Positions 37,901-46,131 of a stretch of 64,000 nucleotides of DNA are shown here, in pieces; position 1 is the stretch's first letter, and each line of letters starts with the position of its first letter. The stretch comes from a bacterium UBP2_UBA2255 (GTDB lineage: Bacteria > Edwardsbacteria > AC1 > EtOH8): assembly GCA_002347565.1 (NCBI GenBank), contig DDXR01000075.1, positions 13,932-77,931 on the forward strand, written 5' to 3'. Below the pieces are notes generated by a model that searched no databases, had not been told where the DNA came from, and saw only the letters and a program-made list of their open reading frames with translations. Both the position numbers and the translations under genes were made by a program.

Positions 37901-38908
37901 GTCGTAGGGGTTGTTGTACTGGCCGTTCGGCAGCAGCCTGTTCTGGCGCCAGCCGTTCATCCCCTGGCCGTAGAAAAGGATCCTGTCGTCGGGCCCGAAC
38001 CTGCCGTCCTCCTCGCCTTCCACCCGGATGGCCGCCTGGTACATGCTGTCGGGGAACGCTGCGGCATGGCTCTTGGGCAGGGCGCTGGAGCCGGCGGTGA
38101 AAAGCTTGACCGTCCGGGGATCGATCAGGTCGGGGTTGACGCCGCTAAGTCGGAGGTCGGTATAGCTGAGACGGTGAACGCCGTCGCGGGCGACGCTGAC
38201 CTTGTACCACAACGGCGCGGCGTCGAAGGGATCGCCGTCCCGGGCCGAGACATGCCCGCCGGCTGCCGCCCAACCCCTGGCCGCGGGATAGTTCAGCACC
38301 AGCCGCTCCAGCAACGGCTGGAACGACTGGTCGTCGACGGCCGCACCGCCGTCCTTGCCCCCGGACCAGCTGACCCTGACCGTCAGGGCCGTGTGCACCC
38401 TCAGCAGGCCCGCTGCCGGCGCGTGCTGGGCCGGCCGGAGCGAAATCCGGGCCACGGTCAGCTGCCGCAGCGGCGAGACCGACTCCACCCGGGCCAGTTC
38501 GGCCGGCAGCAACGCGGCCGACGCGTATGCTGCCGGGTCGGGGAGGAACGACTCCCGGTCGATCCCGCTCTCATCGAACGCGATGTGCGGCACCGGCGCC
38601 AGCCTGATGCCGGTGAAATCCCGCGGCCGCGAACCGATGACCTCGGCCCGCACCGACGAGCCCTCGGGAACGGCGATATGGGCGACGCAGCCGGGCAAGC
38701 CGGGTTGGCCTGGGCTGCCGGTCAGCGATGCGCCGTCAAGGCTCAGTCGGACGAGTCCGCCGGGCGCCGGGCTGAATCCCGGTGACCCGGTGCGGTACTC
38801 GAACACGGCAGAGCGCTCATCGCTGGAGACCAGCAGCAGCTCGGCGGCGGCCGACGCGGACAGGGCGCACAGGGCCGCTGCCGCGAGATACAGGGATCGT
38901 CTGATCAT
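34982..38908 (-). CDS. Peptidase C25 (gingipain) family protein, PorU-like T9SS C-terminal signal peptidase candidate, with its own T9SS-type CTD
   Basis: ATG at 38908 gives signal peptide MIRRSLYLAAAALCALSASAAA. His/Cys dyad contexts VVHFTGHG and LVVMASCGTS. C-terminal VTIRVYTVAGRLI...ANGVYLYKV...GRLTVMR. Followed by a PorV-like gene, as in the porU-porV pairs of Bacteroidetes. Confidence 0.65.
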   Translation of the reverse strand: MIRRSLYLAAAALCALSASAAAELLLVSSDERSAVFEYRTGSPGFSPAPGGLVRLSLDGASLTGSPGQPGLPGCVAHIAVPEGSSVRAEVIGSRPRDFTGIRLAPVPHIAFDESGIDRESFLPDPAAYASAALLPAELARVESVSPLRQLTVARISLRPAQHAPAAGLLRVHTALTVRVSWSGGKDGGAAVDDQSFQPLLERLVLNYPAARGWAAAGGHVSARDGDPFDAAPLWYKVSVARDGVHRLSYTDLRLSGVNPDLIDPRTVKLFTAGSSALPKSHAAAFPDSMYQAAIRVEGEEDGRFGPDDRILFYGQGMNGWRQNRLLPNGQYNNPYDSVNCYWLCWGGAPGLRMATRDGQPVTPGAAQPLAFTDTAHFELDRVNPFNSGELWFWQHMARYGNEQVRRFTFPFFVPYVSSDQAQARVNLLSGTAATSHNLRWGINGTAVKDFAWTGSPAAGQRTDQAAVSGLAGGQNTLDIDLVQAAAGSSDAVLLNWFEIVCQRPYQAHNRQLAFRADPAHTGQVRFRLTGLLSDRAALLDVTDPDRPVWITTPARFAAYTEFEDAAAGRRYFCAAPESWLTPLAVQAWQPQRLRQTMLGTKYLVVAADELWPQAQALAGYHSTQPGKHPARAVKLSAVYDEFGFGLRDPSALRNFLRHIYLNSAPARTSPAWCCLLGDGSYDYRWIDRSSPDQDLVPSHQADILKYDNIGEYLFSANDDWFARVDSTYPQFVVGRIPARNAAEAWSSVNKSIGYNQRNGLGPWRNRAVLMADDAYKRAELTNELQHTNQTESIGSAYLPSTYDLRKVYGEMQEFPLSSQETKPAATEALLRQWDEGAAVVHFTGHGAWFVWGHEQYFRYTDVPKLANSDRLPLVVMASCGTSRYDNPSNEAIGSALVVRQGGGAVATIGAMRETTDGISFAQNFYSRVFASPDNDMGQAFFGAKFNIAEQNLNSSFVLLGDPSLRHVKPAGLLTLAVSSDTLLSRGRYTVSGAVGGGTIAAGQVQVALFDVARRDSTGPYGIYGYCKFTRPGKLLFQGLAPVRNDSFSLSFNVPDLLHSTPAAGARISAYAWSGPTDAAGVSAGTVWIGGADTTRPNDRRGPAIEVAVNGLPVAGGDTVDPAARITVRITDPLGINIAPGVAEGEIRIRFDNGDYSDLSQQFLYESGSDSSGTVSLTKAFGDGRHTIRVEAYDCHLNRAVWEQAVIVAGTQQLKVDHVYNYPNPFADRTWFTFNIRQAADVTIRVYTVAGRLIRTIESPALAAGYNQVRWDGLDGDGDRPANGVYLYKVTAKNASGEDSAFGRLTVMR

Positions 38909-39119
38909 CGCTGGGTCAAGTGGTGGCGCCGGGAAATGCCGGAAGCCGGTATCAAACAGACACCGGCTCCTCATCACACGGTCGATGAAAGGAATACAGC
39001 CAGTATCAGCGGGCACGACTAATACCGAGGGACACCGGGACGATAGTTGCGATGCCGGGATACTGACTTTTTCGATCGATAATTCGGTCCAAATGCGCTG
39101 GGTATGGGTTATCCGTATA

Positions 39120-39148
39120 ACTATATACGAAAAACCGACGTTTGTCAA
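39120..39148 (-). promoter_or_regulatory. Sigma70-like promoter TTGACA-17-TATAGT (minus strand) for the PorU-like operon
   Basis: Minus-strand TTGACA (39148-39143), 17-nt spacer, TATAGT (39125-39120). Predicts a ~200-nt 5' leader before the ATG at 38908. Confidence 0.5.
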
Positions 39149-39167
39149 GTGGGAAGTGACGTTGCTC

Positions 39168-39196
39168 TTGCAATCTCGGCCGATATGGCGTATAGT
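39168..39196 (+). promoter_or_regulatory. Sigma70-like promoter TTGCAA-17-TATAGT for the dipeptidase gene
   Basis: TTGCAA 39168-39173, 17-nt spacer, TATAGT 39191-39196. Sits back-to-back with the minus-strand promoter; the two -35 boxes are ~20 nt apart. Confidence 0.45.
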
Positions 39197-39246
39197 TGCC
39201 GCGGGCCCCGTCCTCCGCGGATGCCGGGCCGCGCTCCACCGCAACG

Positions 39247-40212
39247 ATGTTGTCCATGAACCAAACGACCGCGCCCATCGCCGACCTCCACTGCGACACC
39301 GCGCTGAAACTGCTCCGTCCCGGGGGCCTGGAGCGGCGCGCGAACCACGTGACCATGGAGAAGCTCCGCAGGGGCGGCGTCGGCCTGCAGGTGTTCGCCT
39401 GCTGGGTGTCGCCCCGCCACCGCCGCCGGGCCGCGGCGGACAGAGCATTGGAACTGATCGGCGCGGTCAGGGCGGAGGTCGCCAAGCGCCCCGGAGCGCT
39501 GGCGCTGGTCTGCGACCGCGCTTCGTGGCGCGCCTGCCGGGCCGGCGGGAACATCGGCGTCCTGCTGGCTGTCGAGGGCGGGCACGCCTGCGACGGCGCA
39601 GTCGGAAACCTGGACACGTTCCACGCGCTGGGCGTCCGCATCCTGACCCTGACCTGGAACAACCGTAACGCCTTCGCAGATTCCTCGCACCACGCCGGAA
39701 AGCGCGGGACCGATGCCGGCCTCTCACCGCTGGGCCGCGAGCTGGTGGCGCGGGCCAACGCCCTGGGCGTGACAATCGACCTCTCGCACTCGTCGCCCCG
39801 GACGTTGCGGGATGTGCTTGCATGCTCAACCCGCCCGGTGCTGGTCTCCCACTCCTGCTGCGCCGCCCTGCGGCGGCACCACCGGAACCTCACGGACGGG
39901 CAGATCCAGGCCCTGGCCGGCCGCGGCGGCCTGCTGGGGGTCAACTTCTACCCCGGCTTCCTGGGAACCCAACGCGACCCCGCGGACATCCAGAGCGTGG
40001 TCGACCAGTTCGTCCATGTGAAGAAGCTTGTCGGGACGGACATCCTCGCCTTGGGCTCGGATTTCGACGGCATCAGCAAGACCCCGCAGGGGCTGGACGG
40101 CCCGGACAAGTTCCCCGACCTGCTGGACGCGCTGGGCCAGGCCGGCTTCACGGGGGAAGAGATCGACGGCATCGCCAGCCGCAACGCCCTGAGGTTTCTC
40201 GGCTGGGACTAG
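39247..40212 (+). CDS. Membrane dipeptidase (peptidase M19, renal dipeptidase family)
   Basis: Motifs DLHCDTALKL, LTLTWNNRNAFADS, IDLSHSS, GSDFDG. The start could be the ATG at 39256. Confidence 0.85.
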   Translation: MLSMNQTTAPIADLHCDTALKLLRPGGLERRANHVTMEKLRRGGVGLQVFACWVSPRHRRRAAADRALELIGAVRAEVAKRPGALALVCDRASWRACRAGGNIGVLLAVEGGHACDGAVGNLDTFHALGVRILTLTWNNRNAFADSSHHAGKRGTDAGLSPLGRELVARANALGVTIDLSHSSPRTLRDVLACSTRPVLVSHSCCAALRRHHRNLTDGQIQALAGRGGLLGVNFYPGFLGTQRDPADIQSVVDQFVHVKKLVGTDILALGSDFDGISKTPQGLDGPDKFPDLLDALGQAGFTGEEIDGIASRNALRFLGWD

Positions 40213-40228
40213 CGCCCCGGTAGGAATT

Positions 40229-40268
40229 GAAAAGCTTTCGGCGATGCGCCGAAAGCTTTTCGTTTTCT
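40229..40268. terminator. Bidirectional terminator hairpin between convergent dipeptidase and mlaF genes
   Basis: 15-bp stem GAAAAGCTTTCGGCG / CGCCGAAAGCTTTTC with a 3-nt loop, followed by GTTTTCT. Confidence 0.7.
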
Positions 40269-40293
40269 GCCCTCCGGATTCGTTTTCGGTCCC

Positions 40294-41022
40294 TCAGTCC
40301 GCCTCGCCCCGGATGAACTGCTGGACCCGCTCGTCGGGGCAGGCCGCGACCTGTTCCGGCGTTCCGCAGAAGATGATCCGTCCCTGGTGCAGCATGGCGA
40401 TGCGGTCGCCGATCCTGTTGGCGCTGACCATGTCGTGCGTCACCACCACCGAGGTCAGCGACAGCCGTTGCTGGAGCCCGGCGATCAGGTCGTTGATCTT
40501 GTCGGCCATGATCGGGTCCAGGCCGGTGGTGGGCTCGTCGTACAGCACGTAGGACGGATCCATCGCCAGGGCCCGGGCCAGCCCCACCCGCTTCTTCATC
40601 CCGCCCGAGAGCTCGGCCGGCATCAGCAGCTCGGTGCCGGCCATGCCCACCATCTCCAGTTTGTGCCGAACCGCGGCCGCGACCTCGTCCTCGGACAGCC
40701 CGGTGTGCTGCCGCAGGCCCAGCCCCACGTTCCCGGCCACGGTCATCGAATCGAACAGCGCCGCCCCCTGGAACAGCACCCCGAAGCGCCGCCGTAGCGC
40801 GTAGAGGTCGCGTTTGCGAATCCCCGACAGCTCCTCGCCGTCCACGCGGACCGAGCCGCTGTCCGGCGCGACCAGGCCCACCAGGTGCTTCAGCAGGACG
40901 CTCTTGCCGCAGCCCGACCGGCCGATCACCACCATGGTCCGGCCGGCCTCGATCGTCAGGTCGACGCCGTCGAGCACCTTTTTCCCGCCGAACGACTTGC
41001 GCAGGCCCGCCACCTCGATCAT
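40294..41022 (-). CDS. mlaF: ABC transporter ATP-binding protein, MlaF-like
   Basis: Walker A GRSGCGKS, signature LSGGMKKR, Walker B VLYDEPTTGLD. Its ATG overlaps the GNAT TGA (ATGA at 41019-41022). Confidence 0.8.
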   Translation of the reverse strand: MIEVAGLRKSFGGKKVLDGVDLTIEAGRTMVVIGRSGCGKSVLLKHLVGLVAPDSGSVRVDGEELSGIRKRDLYALRRRFGVLFQGAALFDSMTVAGNVGLGLRQHTGLSEDEVAAAVRHKLEMVGMAGTELLMPAELSGGMKKRVGLARALAMDPSYVLYDEPTTGLDPIMADKINDLIAGLQQRLSLTSVVVTHDMVSANRIGDRIAMLHQGRIIFCGTPEQVAACPDERVQQFIRGEAD

Positions 41023-41603
41023 TTGCCTGCCCGCCCCGGCAGCTTCCGTTTCATGATGACGGCCACTTCGCCGTGCGCCGCGTCGTCGTTGGTGTACAGC
41101 GACAGGTCGACGCTCTCGATCTCGAACCCGCTGGCGCGGTAGAACCGGATGGCCGGGACGTTGGTGTTCTGCGTCTCCAACGAGACCAGCCGCGCCCCAA
41201 GTTCCCTGCCTGTCTCCACGGCCTTCTCGAGCAGCATCCTTCCGATCCCCCGACCCCGGTGCGTCGGCAGCACCTCGATGTCCTCGACGTGCAGGGTGTT
41301 GTTCCACCGCCGCTGTTCCATCAGCGCCACGCCCACCAGTTTCCCGTCGCAATAGGCCCCGTAGGACAGGCCGGCGGCGATCACCGCGCGCCGCCGTTCG
41401 CGGTCGGCCGGCCCGTCGGCCCAGCGCTTGACGAACCCGGGGCGGGGCGCCAGCCGCAAGGTGATGGCCACTGCCGCATCGGTCTCGTCCTTGGCGGCCG
41501 CGTAGACCTCTTCCGACTCGTACCCGGTGAACGCGAACCCCGCGGCGTCCAGGTCGGCGCCGGGCAGCAGCGGCCTGATGTCGATGGCGGCCGGGGCGGT
41601 CAT
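41019..41603 (-). CDS. GNAT-family N-acetyltransferase
   Basis: Motif A VLPTHRGRGIGRMLLEKA. Also NVPAIRFYRASGFE. Confidence 0.8.
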   Translation of the reverse strand: MTAPAAIDIRPLLPGADLDAAGFAFTGYESEEVYAAAKDETDAAVAITLRLAPRPGFVKRWADGPADRERRRAVIAAGLSYGAYCDGKLVGVALMEQRRWNNTLHVEDIEVLPTHRGRGIGRMLLEKAVETGRELGARLVSLETQNTNVPAIRFYRASGFEIESVDLSLYTNDDAAHGEVAVIMKRKLPGRAGK

Positions 41604-41625
41604 AATAAGACTATTTTAGTCATAT

Positions 41626-42243
41626 TTACTGTTTCTTCAGCACGAACCCGGCGTCGGTGACGTAGACGCCGTAGGCGCCGCTGTCCGGGTACTGGTAGGC
41701 TGCGATGCCCTGCACCGCGTCGATCAGGGGCAGTTGCCGGCCGTGCTTGAGCAGCCAGCGCCAGTGGGCGGGCTCGACGGCGATCTGGCGGTTGGTAACG
41801 CGCGACGAATCGGGCGACTGCCAGTGCCCCGAGAACCTGGTCACCCGGTAGTAGGGCTGCGCCCCCAGCAGCCGGAGGAACGGCTTCCACCTCAGGATGT
41901 ACCCCTCGATCATCCAGTGGTCGCCCTCCAGCTTGAACCCGTAGGTCCGCCGGTTGGCCTCGTCCACGTAGTGGACGTACATCACCGGGCCGTCGCTCAG
42001 GGCGCCGACCGTGCCGATCCGCCGGTCGTTCGACATGATGTTGTAGGTGCGGGCGAACAGCGACAGGGAGATGAAGGCCGCGGCCAGCGCCGCCAGCACC
42101 AGCGCGGCGATGCCGGCGTTGAACAGCCCGCCCAGCCGGATCCGCTTCTTCAGTTTGAGGGCGACGGCGGCGGCCAGCACCGCCAGTGTCAGCCCCGCCA
42201 GCAGCAATCCGATGATGCCGGTGTTGCGCGCGAACAGATCCAT
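41626..42243 (-). CDS. Hypothetical membrane protein (two N-terminal TM helices plus ~130-aa soluble domain)
   Basis: Hydrophobic helices GIIGLLLAGLTLAVLAAAV and AGIAALVLAALAAAFISLSLF. No recognisable family motif. Confidence 0.5.
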   Translation of the reverse strand: MDLFARNTGIIGLLLAGLTLAVLAAAVALKLKKRIRLGGLFNAGIAALVLAALAAAFISLSLFARTYNIMSNDRRIGTVGALSDGPVMYVHYVDEANRRTYGFKLEGDHWMIEGYILRWKPFLRLLGAQPYYRVTRFSGHWQSPDSSRVTNRQIAVEPAHWRWLLKHGRQLPLIDAVQGIAAYQYPDSGAYGVYVTDAGFVLKKQ

Positions 42244-42260
42244 GGCTCATCCCTCCGTGT

Positions 42261-43082
42261 TCAGACCTTGAGGCCCCGCCGGCCCATCAGATCGCGCAGC
42301 CGCTTGGGCGACTTCTCCCACTGCCCCCACTTGCGCGAGATGTGCTCGGTCCAGGAATAGGTGTCGAAGTCGAAGGTTTCCTTCTGCCCCGTGACCAGCG
42401 GCAGCATCAGCTTGACGTTGCGGTAGTAACCTTGCGCCAGGTAGCCGTCGTCCATCGTTTTCATCGCCCGGCGCAGCTGCGCGCCGGCGATCCTCGGGTA
42501 CCGTTTCTCGAACAGCACGAAGTCCATCGGATAGCGCGGCCGCGCCGGCGGTTTTTCAGCCGGATATCCCATCGCCACCTGCACCAGCGGGAACACACGC
42601 TGCGGGAGCTTGAATTCCTTGGCCAGCTGGTCCGCGGCGAACGGGGTGTGGCCGAGGAAACAAGTCCCCAGCCCCAGGCTCTCCGCGGCCAGCACCATGT
42701 TCTGCGCCATGCAGGCCGCGTCCTGGATGCCCAGCAGCAGGCCGTAGAGGTCGTTGCTTACCCACTTCCAGCCGCGGCGCTTCATGATCTGCCCCATTTT
42801 GTGGAAGTCGACGCAGACCGTGAACAGCAGCGGCGCCTGGAACGGGTGCTTGGCGCGGTCCTTGGTGAGGATGACGCTGTAGAGCTGCGCCGCGAACGCC
42901 GCCTGCTGCCCGGCCCGGACGATAGTCTTTATGGTTCTATCAGACGGCATCCGCGTCGTGTACTTACGGATCGAGCGGTGTGCCAGCATCTGCGCGATCA
43001 CCGGTTTCCTGTCCGGACGCCCCCGCATCGGATCCTCTGTGTCTCCGTTCCTCTGCGGCCGGTCGTTCATCTGTTGATCCAC
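42261..43082 (-). CDS. Nitroreductase-family flavoprotein
   Basis: HRSIRKYT N-terminal motif and the general nitroreductase fold pattern. GTG start. Confidence 0.7.
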   Translation of the reverse strand: MDQQMNDRPQRNGDTEDPMRGRPDRKPVIAQMLAHRSIRKYTTRMPSDRTIKTIVRAGQQAAFAAQLYSVILTKDRAKHPFQAPLLFTVCVDFHKMGQIMKRRGWKWVSNDLYGLLLGIQDAACMAQNMVLAAESLGLGTCFLGHTPFAADQLAKEFKLPQRVFPLVQVAMGYPAEKPPARPRYPMDFVLFEKRYPRIAGAQLRRAMKTMDDGYLAQGYYRNVKLMLPLVTGQKETFDFDTYSWTEHISRKWGQWEKSPKRLRDLMGRRGLKV

Positions 43083-43132
43083 GCTGAGATCATATCGTTC
43101 AGCGCATTTCCCGTTGGCATGGGTTGTAGATG

Positions 43133-43163
43133 CTCTTCGTGTCTTTGTGTCTTCGTGTGAGAA
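43133..43163. repeat. Short intergenic repeat, family R2, copy b
   Basis: CTCTTCGTGTCTTTGTGTCTTCGTGTGAGAA lies directly next to the mlaE stop. Confidence 0.55.
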
Positions 43164-43961
43164 TCACCGGAAGATCCACGCCGAGATCACGTAGTCGAAC
43201 ACCAGGATCAGCACCGCCGCAGCCACCACCGCCTTGGTGGTGGCCGTGCCCACGCCCTTGGCCCCGCCCTCGGCCCCGAAGCCGTAGAAGCAGCCGGCCG
43301 TGGCGATGATCACGCCGAAGAACACCGCCTTGACGATGCCGCCCATCAGGTCCCGGGTGTGGAAGTGGAACCGCAGCCCGTCCAGGTACAGCTGCGTGGA
43401 GATCCCGACCGAGGTCACCGACACCAGCCAGCCGCCGGCCAGGGCCACGAAATTGGCGAAGACGGTCAGCACCGGCGCCATCACCGCGCCGGCCACGAAC
43501 CGCGGCATCACCAGGAAGGCCACGGGGTCGATGGCCATCGTCTCCAGGGCATCGATCTGCTCGGTGACCCGCATGGTGCCGAGTTCGGCCGCTATCCCCG
43601 CCCCCACCCGGCCCGCCACCACCAGCGCGGTCAGCACCGGGCCCAGCTCGATCAGCACCGCCCGGCAAATGCCGGCCCCCAGCCAGATCGCCGGCACCAG
43701 CCCCTGCATCTGGTACGCAGCCTGGACCGCGGCCACCATCCCGGTGAACACCGCCGAGAACAGCACCAGCGGCAGCGAGGCCACGCCGAAGGCCATCATC
43801 TCCTGGACCAGCAGGCGCGAGTTGCGGCCGGCCAGCCGCAGCGAGGCGGCGATCCGCGCCAGCAGGAAGAAGGCCGCCCCCCACTCCTGCAGCGCGTCGA
43901 GGACGGCCCGGCCGGCGGCGGCCAGCGGGCCGCGGATGATGTCGGGGCGAGGATTCGGCAT
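43164..43961 (-). CDS. mlaE: ABC transporter permease, MlaE-like
   Basis: About 265 aa and polytopic. Conserved MRVTEQIDALETMAIDP segment typical of MlaE/Ttg2B permeases. Confidence 0.8.
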   Translation of the reverse strand: MPNPRPDIIRGPLAAAGRAVLDALQEWGAAFFLLARIAASLRLAGRNSRLLVQEMMAFGVASLPLVLFSAVFTGMVAAVQAAYQMQGLVPAIWLGAGICRAVLIELGPVLTALVVAGRVGAGIAAELGTMRVTEQIDALETMAIDPVAFLVMPRFVAGAVMAPVLTVFANFVALAGGWLVSVTSVGISTQLYLDGLRFHFHTRDLMGGIVKAVFFGVIIATAGCFYGFGAEGGAKGVGTATTKAVVAAAVLILVFDYVISAWIFR

Positions 43962-43974
43962 CGGCGGCTCCCGG

Positions 43975-45360
43975 TCAGAACCCGGCCGGCGCGTCCCGGT
44001 CCGAGGCCTCCTCGAACTTGGTGTAGCCCCGCATGAACACCAGCTTGACGGTGCCGACCGGGCCGTTGCGCTGCTTGGCGACGATCAGCTCGGTGGGCGA
44101 GGCGTCCGCGGCCGCGGCCTCGCCGCCGTCGCCCTGCTGGTAACCGCCCTTCTCCCGGTGCAGGAACATCACCACGTCGGCGTCCTGCTCGATGGCCCCC
44201 GACTCGCGCAGGTCTGAGAGGATGGGCCGCGAGTTTTCCCCGCGCTGCTCGGAGACGCGGGACAGCTGCGACAGGGCGATCACCGGGACGTTGAGCTCCT
44301 TGGCCAGCGCCTTGAGCGACCGCGAGATCTCGGCGATCTCCTGCTGGCGGTTCTCCACCCGGGAGCTGGAGCCCCGCATCAGCTGCAGGTAATCGACGAT
44401 CACCAGCCGCACGTCGACCTCGGCCTTGAGGCGGCGGGCCTTGGCCCGGATCTCCAGCGGCGACGAGCCGGCCGAGTCGTCGATGTAGATCGGCGCCTCG
44501 TTCAGCAGGCCGGCGGCGTTGACCAGCGGCGGCCACTCCTCCTGCGACAGGTATCCGGTGCGCACCCGGTGGCTGGAGACCCGGGCCTCCGAGCACAGCA
44601 GCCGCAGCACCAGCTGCTCCTTGGACATCTCCAGGCTGAAGATCGCCACCGGCTGGCGCAGCCCGATTGCCAGGTGCTGGGCGATGTTGAGGGCCAGGGC
44701 GGTCTTGCCCACCGAGGGCCGGGCGCCGATGATCACCAGGTCGCCTGGCTGGAGCCCCGAGGTCATCTCGTCCAGCCGCTTGTATCCGGTCTCGGCGCCG
44801 GTGATGTGCCGCTTCTCGCGGTACAGCCGCTCCACCGTCTCGAAGCTGTCGTGGATGAACTGCTTGATCGGCACCAGGGTCTTGCGCAGCCGCTTCTCCT
44901 TGATGGCGAAGATCGACCCCTCGGCCTGGTCCAGCAGCACCTCGGCGCTCTCGTCCGATTCGTAGGCCGCGGTCACGATCTGGGTGGCCGAGTTGATCAG
45001 GCGGCGCAGCACCGCCTTCTCCAGCACGATCCGACCGTAGTACTCGACGTTGGCCGCGGTGGCCACGCTGTCGGCCAGGCGGGTCAGGTACACCGGGCCG
45101 CCGGCGTCGTCCAGCCACTTGAGGCGGCGCAGCTCCTCCGCCACGGTCACCAGGTCGACCGGCTGGTTCTTCTCGAACAGGTTGATCATCGACCGGTAGA
45201 TCTTGCGGTGCCCGGAGGAGTAGAGGTTCTGCTCCTCTCCCAGCACCTCGATCGCCCGGCCCACCGCCTCGGGGCTGATCAGCATCGATCCCAGCACCGC
45301 CATCTCGGCCTCCAGGGCCTGGGGCGGCATCCGCTCTGACATGGTCACCGGGTCGGGCAT
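43975..45360 (-). CDS. dnaB: Replicative DNA helicase DnaB
   Basis: PPQALEAEMAVLGSML N-terminus, Walker A GARPSVGKT, IVDYLQLM. The start may be the ATG at 45342, which would remove the overlap with udg. Confidence 0.95.
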   Translation of the reverse strand: MPDPVTMSERMPPQALEAEMAVLGSMLISPEAVGRAIEVLGEEQNLYSSGHRKIYRSMINLFEKNQPVDLVTVAEELRRLKWLDDAGGPVYLTRLADSVATAANVEYYGRIVLEKAVLRRLINSATQIVTAAYESDESAEVLLDQAEGSIFAIKEKRLRKTLVPIKQFIHDSFETVERLYREKRHITGAETGYKRLDEMTSGLQPGDLVIIGARPSVGKTALALNIAQHLAIGLRQPVAIFSLEMSKEQLVLRLLCSEARVSSHRVRTGYLSQEEWPPLVNAAGLLNEAPIYIDDSAGSSPLEIRAKARRLKAEVDVRLVIVDYLQLMRGSSSRVENRQQEIAEISRSLKALAKELNVPVIALSQLSRVSEQRGENSRPILSDLRESGAIEQDADVVMFLHREKGGYQQGDGGEAAAADASPTELIVAKQRNGPVGTVKLVFMRGYTKFEEASDRDAPAGF

Positions 45361-46130
45361 CGGGCGGCCTCCTCGTCATGGATGCGGCGCACCAGCTGCA
45401 CGTCCTCCCAGGCGGGCCGTTTCCAGGAAGGATTGCGCAGCAGCGCCGCCGGATGAAAGGTCGGCACCAGCTTGATGCCGTGGTAGTCGTGCGCCCGCCC
45501 CCGCAGCCTGGAGATGGGCGCCGTCGTCTTGAGCAGGGTCTGGGCCGCGTGCCTGCCGAGGGCGCAGATCACTGCCGGCTTGATTATCTCCAGCTGTCGG
45601 AGCAGGTGGGGTTCGCACCGCTCCACCTCGGCCGGCTCCGGGTCGCGGTTACCCGGCGGCCGGCACTTGAGGATGTTGCAGATGTACACGTCCTCGCGGC
45701 GGAACTTGATGGCCTCGATGATCTTGGTCAGGAGCTGGCCGGCCGGGCCCACGAACGGGCGTCCCTGGTTGTCCTCCTCCTCGCCCGGGGCCTCGCCCAC
45801 GAACACGACGCGCGCCGAGGGGTTGCCCTCGCCGAACACGAAGTTCTTCCGCAGCTTCCCCAGCGCGCACCGGGTGCAGCCGCAGATCTCGGCGCGGAAC
45901 GCCTCGAGCGCGGTGGCGCCATCGGCGGACGCCGCCGGCACCACCGGCGCAGCAAGTGTCACCGCCGGCTTCGCCGGTGCGGGTCGAGGCACCGCCGTTG
46001 GGGCTGCGACGGGGACCGTCCCGGCCGCGAGCGGCGCCGGGGCGAACCGCACCGGCAGCTCGCGCTCGCCCTGCTCCCGCTGCTGCAGCAGGTAGCGTCG
46101 CATCAATTCGTGCGCGGCGGCGGCGGGCAT
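45345..46130 (-). CDS. Uracil-DNA glycosylase, family 4
   Basis: GEGNPSARVVFVGEAPGEEEDNQGRPFVGPAG motif. ATG at 46130 lies immediately after the coaBC stop. Confidence 0.85.
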   Translation of the reverse strand: MPAAAAHELMRRYLLQQREQGERELPVRFAPAPLAAGTVPVAAPTAVPRPAPAKPAVTLAAPVVPAASADGATALEAFRAEICGCTRCALGKLRKNFVFGEGNPSARVVFVGEAPGEEEDNQGRPFVGPAGQLLTKIIEAIKFRREDVYICNILKCRPPGNRDPEPAEVERCEPHLLRQLEIIKPAVICALGRHAAQTLLKTTAPISRLRGRAHDYHGIKLVPTFHPAALLRNPSWKRPAWEDVQLVRRIHDEEAARCPTR

Positions 46131-46131
46131 G

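Noticed and set aside
38909-39448. 180-aa N-terminal extension of the C25 peptidase ORF.
   Set aside because: It runs through the AT-rich promoter region and past the opposing gene start. The ATG at 38908 gives a proper signal peptide.
41626-42243. Candidate divergent MlaD (the missing MCE component) between mlaE and mlaF.
   Set aside because: It has two N-terminal TM helices rather than one. The soluble part shows nothing I can relate to an MCE beta-barrel domain. It is left as hypothetical.
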